Of a stretch of DNA of 63,916 nucleotides, positions 49,339-59,390 are shown in pieces. Each line of letters opens with the position of its first letter. Positions within the stretch are counted from its first letter, which is position 1. Position numbers and translations under genes: made by a program. The DNA comes from an uncultured Elusimicrobia bacterium (GTDB lineage Bacteria; RUG730). The DNA lies in the NCBI GenBank assembly GCA_900321865.1, contig ONXP01000003.1:1-63916 (forward strand). The letters are read 5' to 3'. The notes under the pieces are model-generated. The model saw nothing but the letters and a program-made list of their open reading frames with translations, made no database searches and was not told the DNA's origin.

Positions 49339-50544
49339 TTAAATAGCTAATCTAATGCTAAAATTTGCACCAACATTTTCAGATTCAAAATTATAACTAG
49401 CACCCAATCCTATTTTAAATAAAAAAAGGCTGAACCCAAGGCCTCCAAAAATTACAGGATGAAAATAATCAAAAGAATTTAGCTCGTTGGACTTTTTTAT
49501 TTCTTTAGGCAAAATAGAATTTATTATAGCAGCTTCTGCTCCACTGGTTTTGGTAATATAGCTCCAATTAGGACTTGCTGAAAGTTCAGTAGATGCAGAC
49601 AAAGGAGTTAAAAATTTTAGTCCGGCAAAAACATCTAAAAATATAGTTTTTACATCAGCTTGTGCACCAATACTGAGAGATGTCTGGTCAAAATTAAATT
49701 TTGCATCGCCTTGAGGATCCGAAATATTTAGATCTCCTGCTGTGTGATAAATGCCTAAAACTCCAGATGCTTTAATTTTTAAAAGATTTGGTCCAATGTT
49801 TAAAAAATTATATCTAACATCTCCAGCTATATTAGAATATTTAAAGTTAAAATCGTTTGATAAGGAAATATCTTTTGTATCTAAACTCATAAAAGATAAA
49901 CCTATATCAAATGGTAAAACAAAACCACCTATTCTGGCATTTATAGAAGCCGTTGGAAAGATTAATTTATTTTCTAAAAAACTAGGAATATCTGAATAAA
50001 AATCTTTTTTTAAATCTTGTCTAAAATCCTGCATACCTAGAGCATCTGTAAGATCAAAAAGCGGAGAAGCATCAAATGTAGCTACAGAAAAATCTACCCC
50101 CAGCCCTAAATGAAATCCAGGAAAAAAATGACCTATATATGAATTTGGCCAAGTATTTTGCATACTAGAAGAATCTATTAAACCATATGTAAGATTTTTT
50201 GAAAAATTTCCAAAACTTGTATTTATTGTATTTTTTAAGACATCGTAATCGTTTATATATTGAGATCCTTCTTCTAATAAATATTCGGTTGCTATATTAA
50301 AATACGGCATAATTTCTTTTTCATGATCTTTAAAATAATCTTTGTATTCTTCTGGTAAAAGATTAACTCCAGACATTATTAAATTTTCATTTATGCCCAG
50401 ATCTTCCATCAGTCCTGCCAAGGCATCAGGAATAGTAATACTGATAGGCATTCCGTCATTACCAATAATGCCAGTATTGTAATCCTTTGCAAACAAATAA
50501 CTAGAAAAACAAATTACGAGAAATAACAAAAAAATTTTTTTCAT
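49339..50544 (-). CDS. Hypothetical secreted beta-rich protein, candidate outer-membrane/surface protein
   Basis: Signal peptide MKKIFLLFLVICFSSYLFA. The C-terminal half has alternating hydrophobic residues. It lies in the lgt-rluD operon. Confidence 0.45.
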   Translation of the reverse strand: MKKIFLLFLVICFSSYLFAKDYNTGIIGNDGMPISITIPDALAGLMEDLGINENLIMSGVNLLPEEYKDYFKDHEKEIMPYFNIATEYLLEEGSQYINDYDVLKNTINTSFGNFSKNLTYGLIDSSSMQNTWPNSYIGHFFPGFHLGLGVDFSVATFDASPLFDLTDALGMQDFRQDLKKDFYSDIPSFLENKLIFPTASINARIGGFVLPFDIGLSFMSLDTKDISLSNDFNFKYSNIAGDVRYNFLNIGPNLLKIKASGVLGIYHTAGDLNISDPQGDAKFNFDQTSLSIGAQADVKTIFLDVFAGLKFLTPLSASTELSASPNWSYITKTSGAEAAIINSILPKEIKKSNELNSFDYFHPVIFGGLGFSLFLFKIGLGASYNFESENVGANFSIRLAI

Positions 50545-50559
50545 ACAATAAAAAACTCC

Positions 50560-51540
50560 TTATAAATTTAAATTTTTGTAGAAACTAATTATTTTTTGAA
50601 AATCATTTGGAATTTTTGCCTCCATATTTAAAAATTTTTTACTTTTTGGATGGAAAAAAGAAATGCTTTTAGCATGCAAAAGAGTTCTAGGAAGTAAATT
50701 AGGAAAATTCTGATTAAATATTTTATATTTTACTCCATATACTGAATCATTTATTATTGGATAGCCTACATAAGATAAATGTAATCGAATTTGATGAGTT
50801 CTGCCAGTCTCTGGAAGAGCCTTTATGAGGACTATATTATCTTTATATTTTTCCAAAACTCTAAAGTTAGTTACGGAAGTCTTTGCATTAATGTCATTGT
50901 CAAAGGAGAGTGCCATTTTTTTTCTATCTAATTTTGATCTAGTAATTTTTATATTGATTTTACCTTCGTCTAGATCTGATTTTTTATAACATATTGCCAA
51001 ATATTCTTTTTTTATTTTTCTGGTTTCAAATTGCTTAGCCAAGGATTTCATAGCAAGTTCATTTTTGGCAATAATCATAATTCCGCTGGTCTCTTTATCT
51101 AATCTATGGACTATTCCAGGTCTTACGAAATTTTTATCTAAGCTAGGCAAATTGGAAAAATGAAACATAAGTGCATTGACCAAAGTCCCGGTATAATTGC
51201 CACATGCAGGATGCACAACCATATTGCTAGGCTTATTTATGACGACAATGTCTTCGTCTTCGTATATTATGTCTAGTGAAATATTTTCACTTTTTATGTC
51301 TAATTCATCAGAATTATTTTCTATATTTTCTACTTCTATTATGTCATCTTTTTTTAATTTGTAACTATTAGAAACTAAATTTTTGTTAACTTTAATATTA
51401 TTTTTTTTTAAAAGTTTTTGGAAATGTGTCCTAGAAAATTCTGGAAATTTGTTTTTTAAAAAAAAATCTAATCTTTTCCCTAAAAAATCTAAATTTTCAG
51501 AAACATTTATTGTGATATTTTTTTCTTTAGATAAATCCAT
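50560..51540 (-). CDS. rluD: 23S rRNA pseudouridine synthase, RluA family (RluD/RluC-like)
   Basis: HRLDKETSGIMIIAKN carries the catalytic Asp. An S4 domain is at the N-terminus. Start set at the internal ATG 51540. Confidence 0.8.
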   Translation of the reverse strand: MDLSKEKNITINVSENLDFLGKRLDFFLKNKFPEFSRTHFQKLLKKNNIKVNKNLVSNSYKLKKDDIIEVENIENNSDELDIKSENISLDIIYEDEDIVVINKPSNMVVHPACGNYTGTLVNALMFHFSNLPSLDKNFVRPGIVHRLDKETSGIMIIAKNELAMKSLAKQFETRKIKKEYLAICYKKSDLDEGKINIKITRSKLDRKKMALSFDNDINAKTSVTNFRVLEKYKDNIVLIKALPETGRTHQIRLHLSYVGYPIINDSVYGVKYKIFNQNFPNLLPRTLLHAKSISFFHPKSKKFLNMEAKIPNDFQKIISFYKNLNL

Positions 51541-52265
51541 AAATAAATTCCAAATAAAAATATAAAACAAGATATAAATTGCCCAACAGACAAAAACAAA
51601 ATATTTCCTCTATCATCTCCTCTAAAAAATTCAATAAAAAATCTAAACATAGAATAATAAATTAGGTATAAGCTCGTGATTTTTCCATCAAGATTTTTGT
51701 TTTTTGAATATTTATACAAGAAAAAAAATAATGAAAAATTAAAAATTGCTTCAAAAAGTTGAACCGGTAAAAGTTTTATATTGATTGGAGCTAGACAATT
51801 TTGATTTTTATATACTACTCCTAAAATAGAGTTTGTTTCTTTTCCATAGCAGCATCCCGCCATAAAGCATCCAATTCTTCCAAAAGCATGGGCGAGCGGA
51901 ATATTTATCGTCAAGAGATCTGTTATATTAAAGAGAGGAATTTTATATTTTTTAAGGTAAAATATAAGAAAAATAAATCCTACTATAAATCCTCCAAAAA
52001 AAACTAATCCTCCGTTCCAAATTTTAAATATTTCTATAGGATTTTGATAAAAAAATTTAAAATTTATGATAATGTATAGACCTCTTGCACCTAATAATCC
52101 GGCAAAAAAAATCGAAAAAATTAAATTTTCTAAAAATTTTTCATCATACCCGTAAGATTTGGCTTTTTTGATAAAAATATTGACGGCTATAATAAAACCT
52201 ATAGCTATGCAAAAACCATAAGTGTAAATTTTTAAAAATCCTAAATTTAATAAAATAGGATGCAT
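51507..52265 (-). CDS. lgt: Prolipoprotein diacylglyceryl transferase
   Basis: 252 aa polytopic membrane protein with an Lgt-like HPILLNLGFLKIYTYG start, GARGLY and a HAFGRIGCFMAGCCYG-like motif. Confidence 0.85.
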   Translation of the reverse strand: MHPILLNLGFLKIYTYGFCIAIGFIIAVNIFIKKAKSYGYDEKFLENLIFSIFFAGLLGARGLYIIINFKFFYQNPIEIFKIWNGGLVFFGGFIVGFIFLIFYLKKYKIPLFNITDLLTINIPLAHAFGRIGCFMAGCCYGKETNSILGVVYKNQNCLAPINIKLLPVQLFEAIFNFSLFFFLYKYSKNKNLDGKITSLYLIYYSMFRFFIEFFRGDDRGNILFLSVGQFISCFIFLFGIYLWIYLKKKISQ

Positions 52266-52404
52266 AAAATATCCTTTTCTATAAATAGTGAAATCTATTT
52301 AAAATATTTTTGTAAAAATAATTCATAAAACAAAAATTATTATATATTATTTTTCTTGGATTTTAAAATTGAATATTTTTAATACAATTTAACGAACTTG
52401 AAAT

Positions 52405-52704
52405 TTGTATTATAGAAACAATTTTAAGAATGAAAAATTTAAGAAAAATATAAAAAATGACAAAAATTTATCGATATACGAAGAGATTTTATATAAAAAT
52501 GCAGAAAATTTAAATAAAATATGGAAAAAAATGAAATTTTCTATTATTTTGCTTTTAGTTTTATTTTTTGTCGTAACTTTTTTGCATAAACCATTTAATA
52601 TTCACAAAAATAAAACTTGGATTTTTAAATTTCATGAAATTTTAGAATGGATTTTAATTATTCAAGGAATGATTGTATTAAATGAATTTTTTAAATTAAT
52701 ATAA
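52405..52704 (+). CDS. Hypothetical small membrane protein
   Basis: ORF only; one hydrophobic segment. Confidence 0.25.
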   Translation: MYYRNNFKNEKFKKNIKNDKNLSIYEEILYKNAENLNKIWKKMKFSIILLLVLFFVVTFLHKPFNIHKNKTWIFKFHEILEWILIIQGMIVLNEFFKLI

Positions 52705-52877
52705 AAATTAAAATTTTAAAATTAAAATTAAAAGTCATAGAAAAGATTTAAATTTTGTAAAATAATTTTATTAATTAAATATTTTAACAAAAAATAAAAC
52801 GAAGATCTAAAAACCTAGAATGTTTATTTTTATATTATAATTCAAGTTTAAAATGCTTAAAAAAGGATAAAATATAT

Positions 52878-53153
52878 TTGAAAGTCTTAAAAGAAAACTC
52901 AAAGTATATTATAAATCACAAGAATTTAGCTGATGGTCTAGATCTTTTAGCAGATATTTATGATGAAAGTATTGGAGCAACTTTTTTTGACCCTCAGTAT
53001 AGAGGAGTTTTAGATAAACTAAAATATGGAAATGAGGGTAAAGAAAGAGGAAAGGAGAGATCAGAGCTTATTCAGATGGAGGAAAATATCATTATTTCAT
53101 CTCGTGCAATGGCGATAGATAATCTTGATAATTTTATAAATGATTGTGAATAA
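52878..53153 (+). pseudogene. Possible remnant of a beta-class DNA methyltransferase N-terminus (degenerate motif IV, DPQY)
   Basis: [26 protein letters not shown] resembles gDcle.l..lpdeSvDLifTDPPY. Nothing MTase-like follows. Confidence 0.3.
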
Positions 53154-53300
53154 GGGAAATATTATAGAAAGAATCATATCTTTGCACAAAAAAATAGTTA
53201 AATCATCAAATTATAAATTAGATGGAAATGAGCCAGATTTTATTGTTTTTAAGTTAGATAAATCAAAAATTTTTTTTAATGTTGTCAATTTTTGTTAAAA

Positions 53301-54029
53301 TTATTTGATAGCTAAAATGCTAACAAAATTTAAAATTTGTATCAAAATTCTAATTTCTGTAAATCCTATATTTTTTAATCTTTCTATATGAAAATCTAAA
53401 CTTTCTGGGATTAAAATGCCTTTTAGTGCTTCTTTTTTGTTTTTTATTTCTGCATCAGAATATCCATTTGATTTTTTGTATGAAAAGTATAAATTTGTAT
53501 AAAAGTCTTTTAAGTTTTCGTTTTCAAAGATAATTTTTTCAGATAAAATTATCCCTCCGCCATCCTCTAAACCATTGAAAATATTTTTTAAAAATTCTAA
53601 CTTTTTATTTTTTGGAAGAAATTGCAAAATAAAATTCAAAATTCCGAACGAAAATTTATTTATTTTTATATCGCATACATCGGATACTAAAAAATTAATA
53701 TCTATATTAGAATATCTTTGTTTCAAATCTAAAATTATAGGTTTCACCTTTAAAGACATAGCCTCGGAATTATCTACGGCTATTACTTTAAAGTTTTTCA
53801 TTTTATTAGCTTCTATTACAGATTTCGTCGATTTTAATAAAGAAGCTCCAAAATCATAACAAATGTCTTTATCCTTTATAAAATTTTTAGAAACAAGGCC
53901 AGTAAGTTTTAAAAAAATCTCGTATCCTGGAATGGACCTAGAAATCATATTGTCAAAAACTCCAGCAACTTCTTTATCAAATACAAATTTTTCTTTTTTT
54001 TCTAAAAAAATATTGTCAAATTTTTCCAT
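53301..54029 (-). CDS. cmoA: Carboxy-S-adenosyl-L-methionine synthase
   Basis: [23 protein letters not shown] aligns to [59 protein letters not shown] aligns to the E. coli CmoA C-terminus. Confidence 0.85.
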   Translation of the reverse strand: [242 protein letters not shown]

Positions 54030-54080
54030 AAAATCATTTTTTATTTTTAATTTTGAAAATTTAAATTTAAAAACCTAAAC

Positions 54081-56786
54081 CTAAACAAGATTTTCCAAAT
54101 TTAGATTTAATTTTTCTTTTTTTTCTAAAAACAGATTATATTTTTCTTTTACTTTTTCAATTTCATCTTTTGGAGCATTTGATAAAAATTTTTCATTTTT
54201 TAATTTTTTTTCTATTTTTTCAATTTCAGAATTTAATTCTTTTATTTTTTTTAAAGTTTTCAATTTTTCTTCTTCAAAATTTATCAAGCCTTCGAGTAAA
54301 ACAAAAACTTGATATTTATCAGTTACGACGACTTTTGATTTTTTTGGAATTTCTAGATTTTCACCTTGGACAATATTATTAATTTTTGTTAAAGATTTTA
54401 TGTAAAATTCTAAATCTTTACTAAGCTTGAAATTATTTTTGTTATACGAAATGAAAAAAGTAGAATTTTCTATCCCGGAAATATTTAAATCTTTTTTTAT
54501 ATTTCTAATGGCAGTAATTACTTCTATCATAGAATTTATAGAATTTTTTACATCATTGTCAGAAATATTTAAGTCTTTTTCTAAAAAATTTTCATTTCTT
54601 GCTAAATCTTTATTTTCTAAATTTAAAATTTTATTAATATTTTCGTTAATTTCCTCAGTGATAAAAGGGATTATTGGATTTATTAAATTGATAATATTAT
54701 CTAAAACATATACCAAAATGCTGTATGTCAAAATTTTTTTATTTTCATCTTCGGTATAAATTTTGGGTTTTGAAAATTCTATGTATAAATCGCAATATTT
54801 ATTCCAAATAAATTCATACATTATCCTAGACATCATCGAAAAATCTAATTTTTGATAAAAATTTTTCACCGCAATTTTGAGATCTTTTAATTCTAGCAAA
54901 ATCCATTTATCTGTTATGTCAAAATTATTAAAATTTTGTTCAATGTCTTTTTTTGACAAAAGTTTTATATTTTTGTTTTGTAAAAAATTGTCCAGATTAG
55001 TCAAGACAAATCTAGATGCATTCCATAATTTATTGCAAAAGTTTCGGCTCATAATAAATGTTTCGTTGGAAACTTGTAAATCTCTCCCCATAATTCCATT
55101 ATAAATTAACGAAAATCTAATAGCATCTACTCCAAATTCTTCTATTATGTCTAGGGGATTTATGACATTTCCTAAGGATTTACTCATTTTTTTCCCAAAT
55201 TTATCCCTTACTATTCCGTGGATGTAAACTTTTTTAAACGGAACTTCTCCTCTGAATTTTAGTCCCATCATTATCATTCTGGCAACCCAGAGATATAAAA
55301 TTTCATGACCTGTTGCCAAAATTTCTGTTGGATAGTAATATGATAAGTTTTCTTCATCATTTGGGAATCCCAAAGTTGAAAGTGGCCAAAGACTAGACGA
55401 AAACCAAGTGTCTAAAACATCTTCTTCCATTGTAAAATTATTTTTATTATGACATTTAGGACATTCACTAGGTTTTTCTCTAGATACTATGATGGTAGGA
55501 TTATTATTTTCGTCAGAGCATTCATTGCAATACCAGATGGGAATTCTGTGCCCCCACCAAATTTGTCGCGAAATGCACCAATCATGAAGAGAATTCATCC
55601 AGTTAAAAAACGGATTTTCCCAGCTATTTGGAGTGAATACGACTTTTTTTTCTTTGACCACATTTATAGCCATTTTAGCCATTTCTTTTGTGTTCAAAAA
55701 ATATTGCATAGAAATATTTGGCTCTATCGGAGTATGACATCTATAACATACTGAAATATTGTTTTTATAAGGAATTTTTTCTTCTAAATATCCTAATGTT
55801 TCCAATTCTTTCGCAACTTCTTCCCTTGCTATAAATCTGTCTAAAAGGTGAAATTTTTCTGGAATAAATTTTAGTGGCATAATATGTCCAAAATCATCGA
55901 TTACTTTTATAAATTCTAAATTGTGCCTTTTAGCCGTTTCATAATCGTTTATGTCGTGAGATGGAGTAATTTTTACCGCTCCGGTTCCAAAATTTATATC
56001 CACCATTTCGTCAGCAATAACTTTTATTTTTCTATTTACAATTGGCAAAACTAAATTTTTCCCGATTATATTTTTGTATCTTTCGTCATTGGGATTGACA
56101 GCTACAGCAGTATCTCCAAACATCGTCTCAGGCCTAGTCGTCGCTACCACTAAAAAATTATCAGAATTTTCAAAAAAATATTTAATTTTCCACAAAAAAC
56201 CATTTTGCATTTCATGTTCTACTTCTATATCAGACAAGGCCGTTTGGCACCTAGGACAAAAAGAAGTCATCCTATTTCCTCTGTATATTAAGCCTTCGTC
56301 ATAAAGTTTTTTAAATGCAAAAAATACAGCCTCTTCACAATTTTTGTCCATTGTAAATCTAGTTCTTTCCCAGTCCAAGAGGCATCCTAATTTTTTTAAT
56401 TGCATCAAAATAGTGTCGCCGGTTTCTTCTCTCCATTTCCACATAATCTCTAAAAATTTTTTTCTGCCTAGATCATTTTTTTTAATGTTTTTTTTGAGAA
56501 GCATTTTTTCGACAATGTTTTGTGTGGCTATTCCGCCATGATCTGTTCCTGGGATCCAGCAGGTATTATATCCGTGCTTTTTGGCAAATCTTATAAAAGT
56601 ATCCTGGAGGGTATTGTTTAGTGCATGCCCCATATGAAGAGCTCCTGTAATATTGGGAGGAGGAATAACGACAGAAAAGGATTTTTTATCTTTGGAAATA
56701 GTTGAATGATTGATTTTATTTTTTATCCAATAATTATACCATTTTTCTTCGATCATTTTGGGATTAAATTTTGATTCTATATTCAT
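54081..56786 (-). CDS. valS: Valyl-tRNA synthetase
   Basis: 901 aa; PPPNITGALHMGHA (HIGH), KMSKSLGN (KMSKS), C-terminal coiled coil. Confidence 0.95.
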   Translation of the reverse strand: MNIESKFNPKMIEEKWYNYWIKNKINHSTISKDKKSFSVVIPPPNITGALHMGHALNNTLQDTFIRFAKKHGYNTCWIPGTDHGGIATQNIVEKMLLKKNIKKNDLGRKKFLEIMWKWREETGDTILMQLKKLGCLLDWERTRFTMDKNCEEAVFFAFKKLYDEGLIYRGNRMTSFCPRCQTALSDIEVEHEMQNGFLWKIKYFFENSDNFLVVATTRPETMFGDTAVAVNPNDERYKNIIGKNLVLPIVNRKIKVIADEMVDINFGTGAVKITPSHDINDYETAKRHNLEFIKVIDDFGHIMPLKFIPEKFHLLDRFIAREEVAKELETLGYLEEKIPYKNNISVCYRCHTPIEPNISMQYFLNTKEMAKMAINVVKEKKVVFTPNSWENPFFNWMNSLHDWCISRQIWWGHRIPIWYCNECSDENNNPTIIVSREKPSECPKCHNKNNFTMEEDVLDTWFSSSLWPLSTLGFPNDEENLSYYYPTEILATGHEILYLWVARMIMMGLKFRGEVPFKKVYIHGIVRDKFGKKMSKSLGNVINPLDIIEEFGVDAIRFSLIYNGIMGRDLQVSNETFIMSRNFCNKLWNASRFVLTNLDNFLQNKNIKLLSKKDIEQNFNNFDITDKWILLELKDLKIAVKNFYQKLDFSMMSRIMYEFIWNKYCDLYIEFSKPKIYTEDENKKILTYSILVYVLDNIINLINPIIPFITEEINENINKILNLENKDLARNENFLEKDLNISDNDVKNSINSMIEVITAIRNIKKDLNISGIENSTFFISYNKNNFKLSKDLEFYIKSLTKINNIVQGENLEIPKKSKVVVTDKYQVFVLLEGLINFEEEKLKTLKKIKELNSEIEKIEKKLKNEKFLSNAPKDEIEKVKEKYNLFLEKKEKLNLNLENLV

Positions 56787-56794
56787 TTTTGCCT

Positions 56795-57256
56795 CTATTT
56801 GTGATATGTTTCATTATTTATAATTTTATATGCTCTATATATTTGTTCAAGTAAAATTACTCGCATCAATTTATGCGGAAAAGTAAATTTTGAAAAAGAT
56901 AAGCATAAATCCATATTTTTTTTAATATTACTAGTTAAGCCTCGTGAACTACCAATGAAAAATTTTATTTTAGAATTTTTATATGTAAAAATATCTTTTA
57001 AAACTTTTGCAAATTCTAAGCTAGAATAGCTTTTCCCATCTATAAAAAGTCCAATATTATAGCCTTTTTGTTTTGCATAAGGCATTATTTTAGCTTCTTC
57101 TAAATTTAAAGACTTATTTTCATCTTTTATATCAGGCTCGTCCAAAATTTCTATTATTTTAATGCTATTATACTTAGATAATCTTTTTTTATATTCGTCT
57201 ATTGCATCTAAAAAATATTTTTCTTTTATTTTTCCTAAACAAATTATTTCAATCAT
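56795..57256 (-). CDS. rlmH: 23S rRNA (pseudouridine1915-N3)-methyltransferase, SPOUT
   Basis: 153 aa; MIEIICLGKIKEKYFLDAIDEYKKRL and C-terminal SPOUT knot residues. Confidence 0.85.
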   Translation of the reverse strand: MIEIICLGKIKEKYFLDAIDEYKKRLSKYNSIKIIEILDEPDIKDENKSLNLEEAKIMPYAKQKGYNIGLFIDGKSYSSLEFAKVLKDIFTYKNSKIKFFIGSSRGLTSNIKKNMDLCLSFSKFTFPHKLMRVILLEQIYRAYKIINNETYHK

Positions 57257-58368
57257 AATAATGCCATATTATCACGATGAATAATAATATTTTTTGGAAA
57301 TAAATTTTTTTTAGTTAAATCTTCTTTGTTAAGGCCTTTTATATTATTTATATAAAAAGCATTATATTCTGCTATTCCCCTAGCAAAAATTATATTTTTA
57401 GAGTTTTTTATGTCGACAATATCGCCTTTTGAAAAATCGCCTTCTACTTTTATTATGCCTGGTGAAAGAAGGCTTTTGCCATGAAATTTTATCGCTTCTT
57501 CTGCTCCAGAATCAACATAAATATATCCCATAACATGAGTATTATAAAGAAACCATCTTTCTCTTTCAGTCAAAACTTTTTTATCAGGAATAAATTTTGT
57601 TCCATTGTCCAAATCTTTGAATAAAACTTTTATATTTTCTAATTTTCCATTCGTTATTAAAACCGGAACCCCGGATGTACAAGAAATTTTTGCGGCTTTT
57701 AGTTTGGTTGCCATGCCACCTGTCCCTATAGTGGATCCTGTTTTTTTAGATGACGAAAGATCCAAAGAATTTAATAAATTATCAAATTCCGAAAGTTTTA
57801 CAGTTTTTATTAAAGTTGCATCTTTTTTTATTTTTGGATTAAAATTATAAAGGCCGTCTACATCTGTCAAAATTACCAAAAGCGAAGCATTTACCCTGGA
57901 TGCAACTATTGCGGAAAGTGTGTCATTGTCCCCAAATTTTATCTCTGATATTGAAACAGTATCGTTTTCATTGATAATTGGGATAAAATTCATGTCCAAA
58001 AGCTCAAATAAAGTATTTTTTATGTTTTTATAACTTTCTCTATTGTCTAATTCTAATTTTGTTAACAAAACTTGGGCAATTTGAACTGTATACCTTGCAA
58101 ATGCTTTTTTGTAAATATTCATAAGTTCTGTTTGTCCTATAGCAGCTAAGGCCTGTTTTTTAGAAATTTTTGTAGGCTTTCTTTTAAGGCCTTTTAGTCC
58201 CATACCTCCTGCTATCGCTCCTGATGAGACTATAATTATTTTATCTTTATTCTCCAGAACATTCTCGTAAATACTTCTAGCTAAAGAATTTATATATTCT
58301 ACATTTATTTGATTATTTTTAGTTAGAAGGCTACTGCCTATCTTTAAAATAAAAAGTTTTCCTGCCAT
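57253..58368 (-). CDS. proB: Glutamate 5-kinase with C-terminal PUA domain
   Basis: 371 aa; amino-acid kinase fold VSSGAIAGG, GTGGMATKL; PUA GDIVDI. Confidence 0.9.
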   Translation of the reverse strand: MAGKLFILKIGSSLLTKNNQINVEYINSLARSIYENVLENKDKIIIVSSGAIAGGMGLKGLKRKPTKISKKQALAAIGQTELMNIYKKAFARYTVQIAQVLLTKLELDNRESYKNIKNTLFELLDMNFIPIINENDTVSISEIKFGDNDTLSAIVASRVNASLLVILTDVDGLYNFNPKIKKDATLIKTVKLSEFDNLLNSLDLSSSKKTGSTIGTGGMATKLKAAKISCTSGVPVLITNGKLENIKVLFKDLDNGTKFIPDKKVLTERERWFLYNTHVMGYIYVDSGAEEAIKFHGKSLLSPGIIKVEGDFSKGDIVDIKNSKNIIFARGIAEYNAFYINNIKGLNKEDLTKKNLFPKNIIIHRDNMALL

Positions 58369-58387
58369 CTTTTAACCATTTTTAATT

Positions 58388-59284
58388 TTAATAAGTTCTG
58401 TTTTCTATATAATCCAAAAGTTTGTATAAAAAATTTTTACATTCCAGATTTATATCCATTTTATTAACTAAATTTTGACTATTTTTTTTATATTTTGATA
58501 CAAAAATTTTTGATTTTTCTAAACCGTAAATGCTAGGATAGGTCAATTTTTGATTTTCTAAATCGCTACCTTTTTTCCCTAAAAGTTTTTTATCACCAAT
58601 AATATCCAAAATATCGTCCGTTATCTGAAACATATGTCCTAAGTTTATTGCATATTTTTTGATTAAAATAATATTTTTTTCGTCAATATTATTAGAAAGC
58701 ATTGCTCCAGATACAATGCTAGCTAAAAGTAAATCTGATGTTTTTCTAGCATGAATAGTTTTTAGCAAAAATTTATTTTTTTTATTGTTAGGAGAAAATT
58801 TTTCGTTTAAAATGTCTAAGGCCTGACCTTTTATCATCCCTAGAAAACCAATTCTACTAGAAATTAAATTAATTATTTTTAAAGTATTTATGCTTTTCAT
58901 TTTAGAAAAACAAATAAAAGCCTCGGTCAAAAGTGCATCACCTGCTAAAATAGCTATTGCTTCATTATATTTTTTGTGGCAGGTCAAATTTCCCCTTCTA
59001 TAATCGTCATTGTCCATACTGGGTAAATCGTCATGAATTAGAGAATAAGTATGAATAAATTCTAAGCCTATAGCTAAAAATTTTATATCATCGTCAAAAA
59101 GATTATTTTTTTTATAAATATCATAAAAAGTTTTGGCTAAAATAGGCCTTAGCCTTTTTCCACCATTAAAAATGGAATATGTAATCGCTTCGTGAATTAT
59201 ATTTTTTGAAGGTTCTTTTTCTAAAAAATCTTTAATCCAGACATTGACTAAAGAACTTTTTTCTTTAAAAAAATCTTTTAACAT
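58388..59284 (-). CDS. ispA: Polyprenyl diphosphate synthase (FPP/GGPP synthase)
   Basis: LIHDDLPSMDNDDYRRG (first DDxxD), FQITDDILD (second). Confidence 0.85.
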   Translation of the reverse strand: MLKDFFKEKSSLVNVWIKDFLEKEPSKNIIHEAITYSIFNGGKRLRPILAKTFYDIYKKNNLFDDDIKFLAIGLEFIHTYSLIHDDLPSMDNDDYRRGNLTCHKKYNEAIAILAGDALLTEAFICFSKMKSINTLKIINLISSRIGFLGMIKGQALDILNEKFSPNNKKNKFLLKTIHARKTSDLLLASIVSGAMLSNNIDEKNIILIKKYAINLGHMFQITDDILDIIGDKKLLGKKGSDLENQKLTYPSIYGLEKSKIFVSKYKKNSQNLVNKMDINLECKNFLYKLLDYIENRTY

Positions 59285-59390
59285 ATCTTACCTACAAAAA
59301 TAGAATTAATTTTTTAATAAAAAGTTTTAATTATATTTTAAAATTATATAATAATAAAATTTATTTATCTATATTTTTAAGGATATTTTT

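Noticed and set aside
59285-59390. FMN riboswitch upstream of ribBA; T-box or Mg riboswitch leaders upstream of thrS/valS/aspS/mgtE.
   Set aside because: The intergenics are short (10-105 nt) and almost pure A/T. None contains the conserved GC-containing cores of these elements.
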